Part shown: positions 1 to 19,166 of the stretch, one piece after another
How the letters are laid out: the number at the start of each line of letters is the position of its first letter
Position numbering within the stretch: position 1 is the stretch's first letter
The notes under the pieces: model-generated
Told to the model about the DNA's origin: nothing
The model's database searches: none
The model's input: the letters and a program-made list of their open reading frames with translations, nothing else
Position numbers and translations under genes: made by a program
Origin: Phoronis australis
Taxonomy: Eukaryota; Animalia; Phoronida
Length of the DNA stretch: 64,000 nt
NCBI GenBank assembly: GCA_002633005.1
Contig: NMRA01000499.1
Coordinates: forward strand, 186,001 to 250,000
Direction of reading: 5' to 3'

Positions 1-438
1 TGCCACCCAGTGGCTATTTTTATTGAGTCTGGTTTTTGGTGTGTGCTTCTTTGTCATCCAAATCACTCTAAGGATCGTTTTGAAAATTGGCATGTGTGTT
101 CCTACTTGGAAGTGCATAGCTGACAAAGATGTTTGAAGGGGCCCAACTGCTGTGGCGCCCTCTCATGGCAGTTTTATTTTTTTTGCCTGTGGCTCAATAC
201 GAGTTCCTTGATTGACCCTCATGAAATTTGGCATATGTTTCTTTTGAGGAGAGTACAATTTATGTGGATTTTGGGACAAATCTGACTACTGTGGAGTCCC
301 CTAGTGGCAATTTTGTTTTTCTTGGCGTGTGCAGATGATTATGAATATTGGCATATCTGTTCCTACTGGGAATTTTTTTCTGCCTGTGTCTCAGTATTTG
401 CCAAATTCCTTGATGGATCTTCTACAAATTTGTATGTA

Positions 439-556
439 AATAAAACAACGCTGGATTTAAATCGGCTTGACACGTTTCGGTGTCAAACCTACACCATCCT
501 CAGAAGCAAAAAACCGAATCATGTCAAGCCGTTTTAAATCCAGTGTTGTTTTTATC
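439..556. mobile_element. Penelope-like pLTR remnant with inverted partial copy
   Basis: Inverted repeat taaaacaacgctggatttaaatcggcttgacacgtttcgg / ccgaatcatgtcaagccgttttaaatccagtgttgtttt overlapping the hammerhead motif and interrupting another repeat. Confidence 0.5.
465..507 (-). ncRNA. Minimal type I hammerhead ribozyme motif (Penelope-like-element type)
   Basis: Minus strand reads GCTT-CTGAGGA-TGGTGT(AGGTTTG)ACACC-GAAAC-GT-GTC-AAGC: intact CUGANGA and GAAA boxes, stem II GGTGT/ACACC, stem I GCTT/AAGC and a GUC cleavage triplet. Confidence 0.7.
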
Positions 557-1440
557 AACATAAGCTGCTACTTGCTATCGTGGAAATTGTATGTGTTTCT
601 ATTGAGGACAGTACAACTGACTTGGATTTTGGGACAAATCTGAGTACTGTGGAGCCCCCTAGTGGCAATTTTGGTTTCTTCATGTTTGCTTTTTCTACCA
701 AGTTCCTTGATGGATGTTCATGAAATTTGGCAAGTAAGGTATGAATTGGACTGCATTCTTCATCATTCCCTTCCTATGCAAACTGATTGAAGAATGACAT
801 TGAAAGGTAGCATGTGTATTCCTGTAGAGGAGAGCATTGCTGACTTGCTATGCGCCCCCTAGAGGCTATTTTGTTCACTAGCGATGCTTCCTTTAGTGAG
901 AATGTTTAACATTATGATCAAACACTTTTATGACTTATTGATAACAAAATCGCCACATATGCTGGGGATTGGCATATGACTCATTGGCAAGATCAGCCTT
1001 TCATCGATCAATATATAACCGTGGCAAGCACCTGATGACAATTTTCCAAAGAGGTGTAAAATTTGTTTCCACATTTCGAATTTTTTGTGTTTAATTGCCG
1101 TGTAAAAGTTAAGAATTGTTACAGGCTGCTGGCATTGATCTTTTGACACATCTAGACAGTAATTTTTTGTTTGCACGTTGGAACGGATATTTGTGGTAAA
1201 ATTTTGTCCTGAGCCTGAGTTCTCAACAATTCTTCATTGGAGTTGCTTTTGTTTTGCTTTCTACTGTGTAGTTATTAATTAGAGATTACGCATATAAATG
1301 CTTCAAACAAATTACATATTTCATGAATCAGTACCTGCTAGTCATTGTTCAGGCCACTACACTGTTTCCTTTCTCAAAAACTTTTGCAACATCTTTATCA
1401 CAGCCTTCTTGAGTGACGTGTGAACTATTTTATATTTTAG

Positions 1441-4400
1441 GAAGGGCACGGAGAACGCTTCAGTCGCAGTTTTCAACAGTTGGTCAGAATTGAAGCGTTT
1501 CGTAAAGAGGATGAAGTGTACTACTCCAAACAAGACCTTATAGATATGTAGGGTGGATTTTATTGATAAGCTATTTATGGTGGTATAAAGTTGTCTCAAC
1601 TTTGCCAAAACGCCAGTGTTGTAATTCGATCTTTTAAGTTTACGACATCGGTCCATGATGCTCCTAACCAAGTAGGGATCATATCAGAAAAATGCGGATA
1701 TGATTAATTTGACACGTAGAGCCCCAAATTCATGGGTCAATTTTGAGGACTTATTGGTCACTAGCTTGTGTTTTGTATGGGCATTTTAAACACAGCGACC
1801 TTCAAAAAGTCGGTAAGACGTAATAAGCCCTGAATGTGGACACGACTGTAATATTAGTCGAGATAACAATCACTGTTTGCTGCAATCACTGTTTTTATGT
1901 GTCATCTATGAGGACCTGCTCCAAAATGAGCTCTGCTAAGGTTAGACATGTTTCTAAATAAGTAAGCTTTTGCAGAAATACTGACATTAATTGGGTTATT
2001 GCTTTAGACTGAACTTATTAAGTTTATCAGTTTCATACATGCTTAGAAAGCAATAGCTGGTAAAGGTTTGGGAACAAGTTAGCTACCTGTCCAACCACTA
2101 GGTGGCTGTCTGCTACATAAACCTGGTGCCTTCAGTGTTATTGCTTGTAACTATGCGTTAAAATGATTACAATAATGATTCGTTTTCATGGTTTCGACAA
2201 TTTGTGTTCAATTTACTAATTATTTTATATCTAGTGATAATCAATGAATATATTATCACAACTGTTGATGTCAAGTGAAGATTGTTGAAAGCTTGAATGA
2301 ACAAAAGTTAAGAATACAGCTTTGCAAGCTTTTTACTGGTTTTATACATCACAAGTACAAGAGTGCATATCGAGCCTTCTGTGTTCTTCAGATACAAGGT
2401 AGGACACGAATGGTGCACGGAGGACTCTGCCAAAATACTGATGGAGAGGGCTGTGAAACCAGTTGATACTAGTGAAGGTAATTGATGAAACTTGGGTGCA
2501 TTCTGTAGATGTGAGAAACCTGCCAACAAGCTAGATGACTTGAGGTTATGTGAGTGAAAGGGGAGGGTTTCGAGAGTATGGTCAGGGTTTTGAGAGTATG
2601 GTCAGAAGCTTACTAGCGCACCCTACCAAAATGGTCGCCACTGAAGTGATTGGTCGGTGATGTTGGAATGTTGAATTATGGGATAGTATTCACTGTGTCC
2701 CTTAAAGGGAAGATTTCTTGCTTCAAGGCATTAGCAAGTGTCTTGGGTCTATGAAACTCACCCCTGTTCACTAAGAGCAGTTCTTTGTTAATTTTTGCAT
2801 TTTGGCAACATGCCTTCTCAGAAGCAGATGTTATAATAGCTGTAAGGGTCATCCCCTTCTGGGCAACATCAGATAGGTACTGGCATGCCATTTTAGGGGT
2901 ATTGGCAACATCTGGCTTTTGGAAATTATGTTTGGGCCCTCCTCGCCAGTTTTAGTTTTACAGCTCTTACACTAATCAAGAAAAGAGAGATCTCTAGACT
3001 TGCTTTTATTTTTATTGGACTGAGTACTTTAAAAGTAATTTATTTGACATTTTAACCCTAGCGCTATACTTTATTTATACTTGTTTCAAGGCCACCTGTA
3101 GTCCTGTCCTTTAGAAATTGAAAAAATGTAGTTTAGATCAAGATGTGGACAAATTTGAAAGTAAGGAAATCACCACGATAGCTTTTTCGAGACCCTTATA
3201 GATTTGCTGTCAAGCAGAGCTGGGAAGCATAAATGTGAAAGCTATTTTTGTCATTTACTTGTGGTGTTAATGTCTATTACTTTGTTGAAATAAATTATAA
3301 AGAACAGTGGAAAATTACTTAAGCTTGGTCAGTGTTGCTCAAGGTAACAGAGCATTAGTTATTCAGTCTGCTAGGTCATGAACAGAGCTTTGCATTAAAT
3401 GCTGAAAAGCTTACTTATAGGCTTGTCAGAGCTTGTTCTTTGTTAACTTAGCTTTGTGTGAATTTATTCAACAGCAGTTCTGTTGTCTCATTGAAAGTTT
3501 TTTTTTGTACTTGGCTAAACGGTGTCAAAGTTCAAACCATTTAAGTGTATCGCCTCTGGCACTACATTGTATTATTGTATTACTAGTAAATGAGTTGTTT
3601 TTAGCTGGTCTCATGAAGTGGCTTGAACAAGTCTAGTAACTACTATTTTCTTTTCAGGTGTGAAGTTTTCATTTACCAGGGACCCAAGGCTGAAAGTTGT
3701 AAGCTCAATACAGCATTTATTGTTATTAATACTTTTAACGGGAGCCACATTTCCTTGTGGGAAAAGAAATCGTTACATTTTCTGTGTAAAGTACCTCTGA
3801 ACACCATTTTTCCATCAAAAACAAAAACACTCCTGGCAATCCTTCTGTGAAGCGTTTTTAATTATAAAATCCAACAATATGTTAAGACGTGGTAGACAGA
3901 GTGAGCTACTGAAAGATACAATGAACTGGACCTTCTGTCAAAAAGGCATTCAATTTAGGTTACTCAGCATTATAAAACCAGTCCCATCTTGTCCTAACTA
4001 GAAATGATTTCAAGGCTAATGAAGAATTGGCAGTTTGTTATTCCTCAAGTCCTGGCTGAGTACATTGTCTTGTCACAGAAGGTCATTTTACACGCCGAGT
4101 ATCAATTACTAAAGAACTACCAAATCTTCCCAAGCCTAGGAATCACTTTTCACCTGAGTTAAGAACAAGATGTCACCTGTTTCATTGCAGTGCATTGTCT
4201 GAATCAGAAGTTACTTAATCCATCACGGTTCATGACTTGGGAGGTTTTTGTTGAAAATTAGCAAAATGTCTTCCATCTCAAAACCTTGTGTGAAATGGAT
4301 TGTCCCAATGTAAAAGCCTTGTTACCTAGACAGAATTCAATGTAACTTTAAGATATGAATTGTGGAACTAAGGTGTAATGATAACAGCAGTAGTTGTGGT

Positions 4401-6531
4401 GAAAATAAGCCAAATTGGGATTGTGAAAAATTAAATATTTTGCTCAAGATTGGAGACTGTCCCAAATTTTAGAAAACGGCCATATTGGCCGTCCCCAGTC
4501 ACTGGAAATATGGCAAAATTACCCTTTCTGTAGATTGAAAACACGTCTGAAATTTGAGAAACTTGATGAACGCCAAAGTCGCCCTTGTCCCAAATTTCAG
4601 AATTTAGAAAATTCCATTTTTGCTATCCCGAATTCTTGAGGCTGAGAATTTTTACCTTATTGTCAATGTTGAGGGTAGAACTCAACCATTTATCGTTAGT
4701 ACGATGCAGAACAAGCTCAGCTATTATTTCTGGGTCTAATGATGCTTCTAAAGCAGCTTTTCTGTTCGACAATTCTCAATGGAGTTTACTAGAGTCTGGA
4801 GGCATGTTGATTAGATTGTTGCAGACTCCTTTTTTGACCTAGGTGTATAATTGACCGTGTATGTTATTGTTTCAGACGTCTCCCATAAGCTACACGCCTG
4901 AAGAACTGTCTTCTTGTAGCATGAGACTGAGATGTGAAGTCTTATTCATCGTGTAAGTCTCAATCAACAAGATTTCTCACATACAGCAAAATCTCACCAA
5001 TTTCAGACAAAACTAATTTCCAAAATTGCAGGGTTTTTTTCAAAGGCTTTTAACATTATTGTGAGTGCCCACAATTTTTCAAACTATTTTCTGTTGGTAG
5101 CTAATGCAAATCATTATTCTAATACTGTATTTCATTTATGAGAAAGTGCGAAAATAAAATTTCATCTGTCCGCCATATTTGGTCCCTGTTGAACAACATC
5201 CCCTGTATTCCAGTGAATATTTCAATAATCACAACATAGCTCCTTGTTGCACCCGAACCTTATGTACTAAAAATGTCTCTGTTCAGTCCTTGTGTCGGTT
5301 ATTTTATCTCTCAGTGTTTACTCATATTTTTGCAGACTAGGATAACTTTATAAAGAAACATTTGACTTGTTGTAATACGTTTAGAAAATAACACATGAGA
5401 GTAATTTATTCAAGATGCATTAGTTGTGCATTATCTTTTAATAGCCAACTATGATGTAATATTAATTACTTAAAATTCAATAGTTTACGTGTTGCTTGAA
5501 TTGGTTATCTGCTCCAAATTTGGGAATGAATTAAACAAAACAGAAATGCATCAAACTGAAGACTTTTGGTTGACTACTTTGTTTACTTAAGGAATAATTT
5601 TATTCATTCCAGAGCTAATGATGGTTTTGGTAGCAAATCATTCCCGGGGAAAGAGTTTGCAGAAAAATGTGTTCAGCAGCAATGTAAAATAGTCCAACAA
5701 GTGTGCAAAAAGGTTAGTAGTTTCACATGTTTAAAGTTGTGATCATTATCTTGTCTGTGAGATGTTAACCTATTCTTGTATGCGTCTAGTCTTGATTATG
5801 TTGCACAAGAGGAAACTTTAATCTAATTAAAGCCATTATCCATGACATGTTCCAGTGTCAAAAATCATCTTACCTCTCAGGCTTATTTGCTCTTCCGAAG
5901 CAGTGACATCGTGTTCCATTATCTATTTGCATTAACATTATTTCATTGATTAAAAATAATAGGCTTGAAATTCCCTAGTTGCCAGCTGTTATGCTGCTGC
6001 AACTAAAACAATCTGCTGTGGCAAGCAGCAATAACATACTGTTCTAATCCAAGTAAGGACCAAGATGTGACCAATTTCATTACAGTAAACAATGTGTAGC
6101 CACATTTCGCAAATCACTGTATTTATCTTCTTCAGAAATTATGTTGTACAAACTACTGTAGATACTCCGTGTTGTATATTTTGTCTTTTAAAACCCAGCT
6201 CAGATGTACATATTATTTTAGTAAAACCTACGAACTGAATCTTTAAGGTAAGGCAAAGGAATCCCGGGCCTTTGTCGTCGCTCATCTGAACCCGGAAAAT
6301 AAAAAAAATAAAAATAATTTCACTGCAGCAAGAGGACTAAGTCAAAAGTTGTTTTTGACAGAAGGCACTGGTTTGTTGCATATTTAAATTAGTGTCTTGT
6401 CATTTCAGTTTGTGATGGTCGATGTCGAAGGAAACCACCACACACATCTCAATACACCGCAACATGTGGCGCCCCACATTGTCAGTTTCATGGCCAAGGA
6501 TCAAGTGTGTGTTGAAGGGCAGAAATTATGA
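1441..6531 (+). CDS. SERHL: Serine hydrolase-like protein (SERHL/kraken family alpha/beta hydrolase), 3' portion; earlier exons probably lie upstream of the window
   Basis: Phase-consistent GT-AG exons 1441-1547, 2392-2477, 3658-3698, 4876-4952, 5613-5712, 6409-6531. They translate to ...EDSAKILMERAVKPVDTSEGVKFSFTRDPRLKVTSPISYTPEELSSCSMRLRCEVLFIVANDG...FVMVDVEGNHHTHLNTPQHVAPHIVSFMAKDQVCVEGQKL*. The RDPRL motif and the G-x-H-x-x-H-x-x-x-P catalytic-His motif match SERHL2 as recalled. Not visible in the ORF track. Confidence 0.85.
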
Positions 6532-7438
6532 AAACTGTTGCGTATCAAGCCATTGAAGAGTAAATGTATTTGTCATATCAGTTTGTGCAATTAAATTATT
6601 GAAAATGAGGAACTCCAGAATACAATTACTGGTAATTTCTTGATTATTTATATATGTAAAATAATTCTCAGAGATCATTGAAATGATTATTATATAGTAC
6701 GTTGCATTTTTGTATGTTCAACGATATGTTGATACTATGATGCACAAGGGGCCAGCGGTGAGTTTTATCAAAGCAGCCCTTATTTCAATGGAAATGGACT
6801 TTTTACTTTTAAATTTGGGACATCGTATGAAAAGTTCAATATATATTTTCAACGAAGTGAAGACTGCATCATAAAGCATGGCTAAAACTTGATTTAGTTA
6901 CTATGGTAACATAGCTAAAAAAGGACAATCGAAGTTTGCACAAAACCACAAATGCACAAGGAATTTGGGGAATATAAAGGAGTGCCCGTGTGCGATCTAG
7001 TTCATGCACCCAACCATGCATGCGAGTGCTTAAAACTATAAAAACTACCTTGCACATACATGCGTGCATGCTTACATACGTACATATAAACTAACAATAA
7101 AACTAAGGCAGATTTTTACACAACTCGGGGAAAGTTGCATGGTAGTTTTTTAGTTTGAGCACTTGATCCTTCATACTAGTCGGATTGCATCATACATCCA
7201 TGAAGTTTGTCTGTTTGGATCACTTTATGCAAGTTTTACTGTGTGGTGATTAAGTTTGCTATGTAATAAAATAATAAATTACATGATCTATGTTTTATTC
7301 AGGTTCAGCATTGTCAAATGCACACGTGTACATTTACCAGAAAATGTTCCACCATCATACCTCTATACGATTACTGTAAAATCAAAATTGTAATAGGTAG
7401 TATACTGTATTTGGTAGGTAAGCCAATACTGACATGCA

Positions 7439-7618
7439 CAGTCAAACCTTGTTACAACGTGCATTGAGGCACTTTAGAAATCTGTATCTTATTGAGGTTG
7501 CTTTGCAGAAATAGGGGTAGATTTGAATACATTACATAAAATTAGGAGTTAAAAGCTTGTACATTTATTTTTATTATTTAACATTTTAAACAGTCTACAT
7601 TATAACGAGGTTGGACTG
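7439..7618. mobile_element. Tc1/mariner/pogo-type MITE
   Basis: Imperfect TIRs CAGTCAAACCTTGTTACAACG / CATTATAACGAGGTTGGACTG; TA target duplication is degenerate. Confidence 0.55.
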
Positions 7619-10600
7619 TTATTTTACCAATAAGGGTTACTAAAACCAGCACCTAAAGTAGCTTTCTTCCCTAAAGTTGGTCGCAGGAGAACACTATCGA
7701 TAACCTTTCTTGTGAGCCAAGCCCATGCGTTGTCGTAGTGATTATCTGTTCTACTGAAATGCTTCTTGCCACAACAGGTAATCACTGGCAATACATTGTA
7801 CTGACTTAAAAACGTTTGTCCAATATATCACTAACATCCCTTGATCAACAGTATGTTGTTATACAACTTTTTAGCAGTGGAATCGCAGCACACTGCAACC
7901 TATGCCCTTTCAAATGCAACGAAAGTCTCGCCATTTTTCTCCCGTTTTCAGTGAATGCTATGCATAATGTGTACACGCCTATCCACAATATTCAAGTGCT
8001 GTTCCCCTACCACACCTACTTAGGAGGAATAATCCTAACTTCAGAACTCTTATGCATGTAAACAATACAGATTAGATGTTCTTGGTAGTTGAATGCGTGC
8101 CATGCATGTAAAAGTTGAGCGCAACACCATTGACATTATTCCACTTGCATTGAAAACAGTACCATGATTGACTTCAGAATTTTACGTAACTGTTTTAATT
8201 TTTTATCCTGGTTCAAACAACTCGGCAACTCACAATCACATTCAGTCCACCTATTTACCGTAACTAATTTAATACAGCCCACGACCACATGCTGAAAAGT
8301 GCTCTTTGTGAAATTAACAGGTACCAGGTAGTTGGTGCGAAATACTAGACTTACGTGGCTTGCAGAGGGCAAGGTAAACAACAAGTATTGCTGAAAACTG
8401 AAATGAACACTGGTGGTAATGTGATTTTCTGTTGAGGTGGCCCCACTTCCAAATCGGGAGTGAAATATGACCCCGTAACCCAAAAACTTTGCCTACCCAT
8501 GGTTTAAAATCTTCACAACATGTGGCATGCTCAAGCCTGGTGGTGCTGTTTCTATTAGAGTCTTGTCTCGGTGAAATTTCACAAAGGCTAATCTTGTATA
8601 GTGACAGGCTAACAGACCTTGAGCCTGATGACAAATGCAAGTTTATTATGTTCGTTAAACTTCCGAATGCAGCGTTTAATTAGCCAGAGATAAAAAGTAG
8701 CAACATAGCAAGCTCATGTTACCTGTATCATATGAAGCAGCATCAACTACTGCTGAACTTCCCTGAACTACGGCACACAATGAATTCTCTCTCGTGTGAC
8801 AAAGAAGCCATGGCCAGATGAATCTCAGATTGAAATAATTAAACCGGTGGAGAACTTGAATTTGACAAAACCACGTATACTTGAGTTTAGGGACGGATTG
8901 TTTCAGCAAGGTGGCACAAAACGCTGTCTTTGGTTTTTGAGACCATGGTCCTACATCTAGGTGCAATAATATACCTATGTAATTGCAATAATATATCTAT
9001 GTAATAAATATTCATAATACAATATAATACATTCAGAAAAATACATACAACTCTAAAACTACTTAGTACAGCTAGAACTCCAACTACTAGTATACAACAT
9101 GTTAAGTTTGCTACATTCAGAACCTGTCAAGGGTGGTAAATACATGACGACTGAGAAGAAGTTCACCAGATGAGGTCCCATAACTGAACCCTAGTCTACT
9201 TTGACATACGAGCCATGGGTGTGGCAATGTCCATCTTAACTGGTTATCAACAGTGACATAACAGTCAAGTTGCACTATGCATACATGCCCACCCAACTGG
9301 TTTGCAAACACAAGTAAACAAATGCTTTGCATACAACTTCTTCAATATGGCTGGCTTAACATACAATTCATGTTATAAGAAGCAACATTTCAGACATTAA
9401 CTATCATGATTTGTGTTTAATACGTAATTCACTCAAAAATATTCAGCCGTGTACCCAAGCCAACTCTGTGGGAATTATTTCAAATGGAATGTTTAAAAAA
9501 TAAAAACAAGACAGCTCAATAAAAACTAGACAACTGTCAATAAAGACAGAGCAAAAACATGACAGCAGCATTGGTAATGATATTTACCACTTGTAATTAC
9601 ACATTGACCACAAAAACAAAGTTTTAAAAAAACAAAAATTAATATTAAACAGAACTGCAACTGTTCTAAAATCCCACAAGCTCTTAGGGACCAATCACAT
9701 ATTATGTCATCACTTGAGGGGGGAGAGAGTTTGGAAGGAGGAAGGTTTATGGCAGGGGGAGGCGGGTTGACACATGGTGATGTCTCCATCGCAGTACGTA
9801 TCCTTGAGAAACTGGGTCACCTTCGTAGCAAATTTTGGATGACCTAATATTGGAATGGTCCCTTATGTGGTTTCACCCCACTTACAGTTGCAACTAAAAC
9901 CCAAAAAATTTATAAGTTCTGATACTGAAAAATTATAATTCCTTCATGGACTTGCATGAGAATGGAGAGTTAGACCACACCTACCCGGGTTACAAATGCA
10001 TAATCCCACAAGCTCAAAGTCAATATAGCGAAAGTCCTATACATGTACTGGAGCAACAGATTGTCTACGATGTGATTTTGATCATATCTCACTAAATCTG
10101 TTCTTATACAAAGCCGCATCATCAAAATGGGTATCGGGGAAGCAAATGAATTGTTGCAGGCAGTTGTAAATCCATGATACGAAGCATTCAAACCCATCCA
10201 TAGAGTACCCCAGCACATTGACAAGTCAAGCGTTATTCATACATTTGATAGATTCAAACACACAACATAGGTACCACTGTATTAGATTGTACGCATGTGC
10301 TTGGATCAAACTTAACAACTAGATGATGTGCTGACTTTAGACAGGGAAAAATTGTTTTGGACTTGGTGTGAAGGTGTGTTTTTGAAACAACCAAACATCT
10401 TTTCTAACACAGGAGAGGTGGACTGGCATTCAACCAATTTTATATGCATCGCATTGCCTGGTTTCGCCGTTTGCCTCAACTTCAACACACACCACCAGGT
10501 GTCGCAAAAACTTGAAAAAGTTGGCCGACGAAATGTTGCTTTCAATTCTGAAGTCCAGGCATGCGTTCTGTAGATTTGAGAACCCCGTGCCACGTATTAC

Positions 10601-10905
10601 AACTAAAGCATGTGATTAAACCAGAATCCTTAATGAGGTTCTTCTAACTACGGAACTTGGTCCAGGAAAGAATTATAATTTTTCCGCATAATATTTTACC
10701 ACTGCTTGAATGATAACCTCTATCCATAATACTAACAAGCTCTATTTGGAAAATCAGCAGGAGACCTAATAACTGTTAGTGAGACTTCTAGCTGATCAAC
10801 ATGACAGACCACTGTGTCACTAAGTCACAAAACATCTATTCACTCCTGGCATTATGACCAATAATAAGCACGCAACATGACAGGGCAGTCATTGCACGCG
10901 TGCAT

Positions 10906-18511
<7,606 letters not shown>

Positions 18512-18802
18512 CTCTGTCTGTATGGTCACCTACCTTGCATTACTAACCATGGTCCCTGAAATCAGCAACAACATGGAAGCAACTCAATCAAATATAAAGA
18601 CATTAACTTTTTAATTCGATTTAAAAAAAAAATGTAACAGAATTTACGGCTATACGTCACAGGATTGTGAAATCACCCATCTAGGAACACTCCTTTTGAG
18701 CTCCCCACTATATCTTATACTTCCTCTTTAAGTCACTGAGTGGACATTCTGAGGCATCCATTTGGTTGCAAGTAATTAATGCAAATAACAAAATTACTGG
18801 AC

Positions 18803-19166
18803 TTATTGGATTGAAGCAACATTGAGCCCATCTGTCATGGGCTTCAGCAGGCTAGTGATAAGCTGGAACAGGGCATGCCATGTGACTGATCACATGACAA
18901 ATTGGCACGGAAAATCTTGAATCACGTGAGTCCAGATTGGCGACAGCATGAACCACAGGCCTCCATGTCCGTTCAGAGAGGGGTGTTCTAATCTCTGAAC
19001 AGACGTGGAGGTCTGCGGTTCACGCTATCGCCAATCTGCAACCACGTGATTAAAATCTCCTGTGCCGACTGTCACATGTTCAGTCGCATGGCATGCCTAG
19101 TTCCAGCCAATCACCAGCCTGCTGAAGCCCATGAGAGATGGGCGCAACGTCACTTTAATCCAGTAA
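18803..19166. mobile_element. Palindromic (foldback) MITE with ~175-bp inverted arms
   Basis: Left arm ...gagcccatctgtcatgggcttcagcaggct...tccgttcagag pairs with right arm ctctgaacaga...agcctgctgaagcccatgagagatgggcgc; short spacer near 18979-18992; TA at both ends. Confidence 0.75.

Larger units (their letters stand above)
1..880. repeat. Degenerate tandem units of an interspersed repeat family (CCCCTAGTGGC / ATGAAATTTGGCA motifs), possibly a non-autonomous Helentron (HINE)-type element
   Basis: The motifs recur every ~150-200 bp. The same family recurs at ~29000-30000, ~30970-31470, ~61370-61690 and ~62110-62480. The HINE assignment is inference. Confidence 0.55.

Noticed and set aside
6200-6247. 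AG...GTAAGG-bounded candidate exon in SERHL
   Set aside because: Not required; the 5712-6409 junction already gives a continuous SERHL-like sequence, and this segment shows no family similarity.
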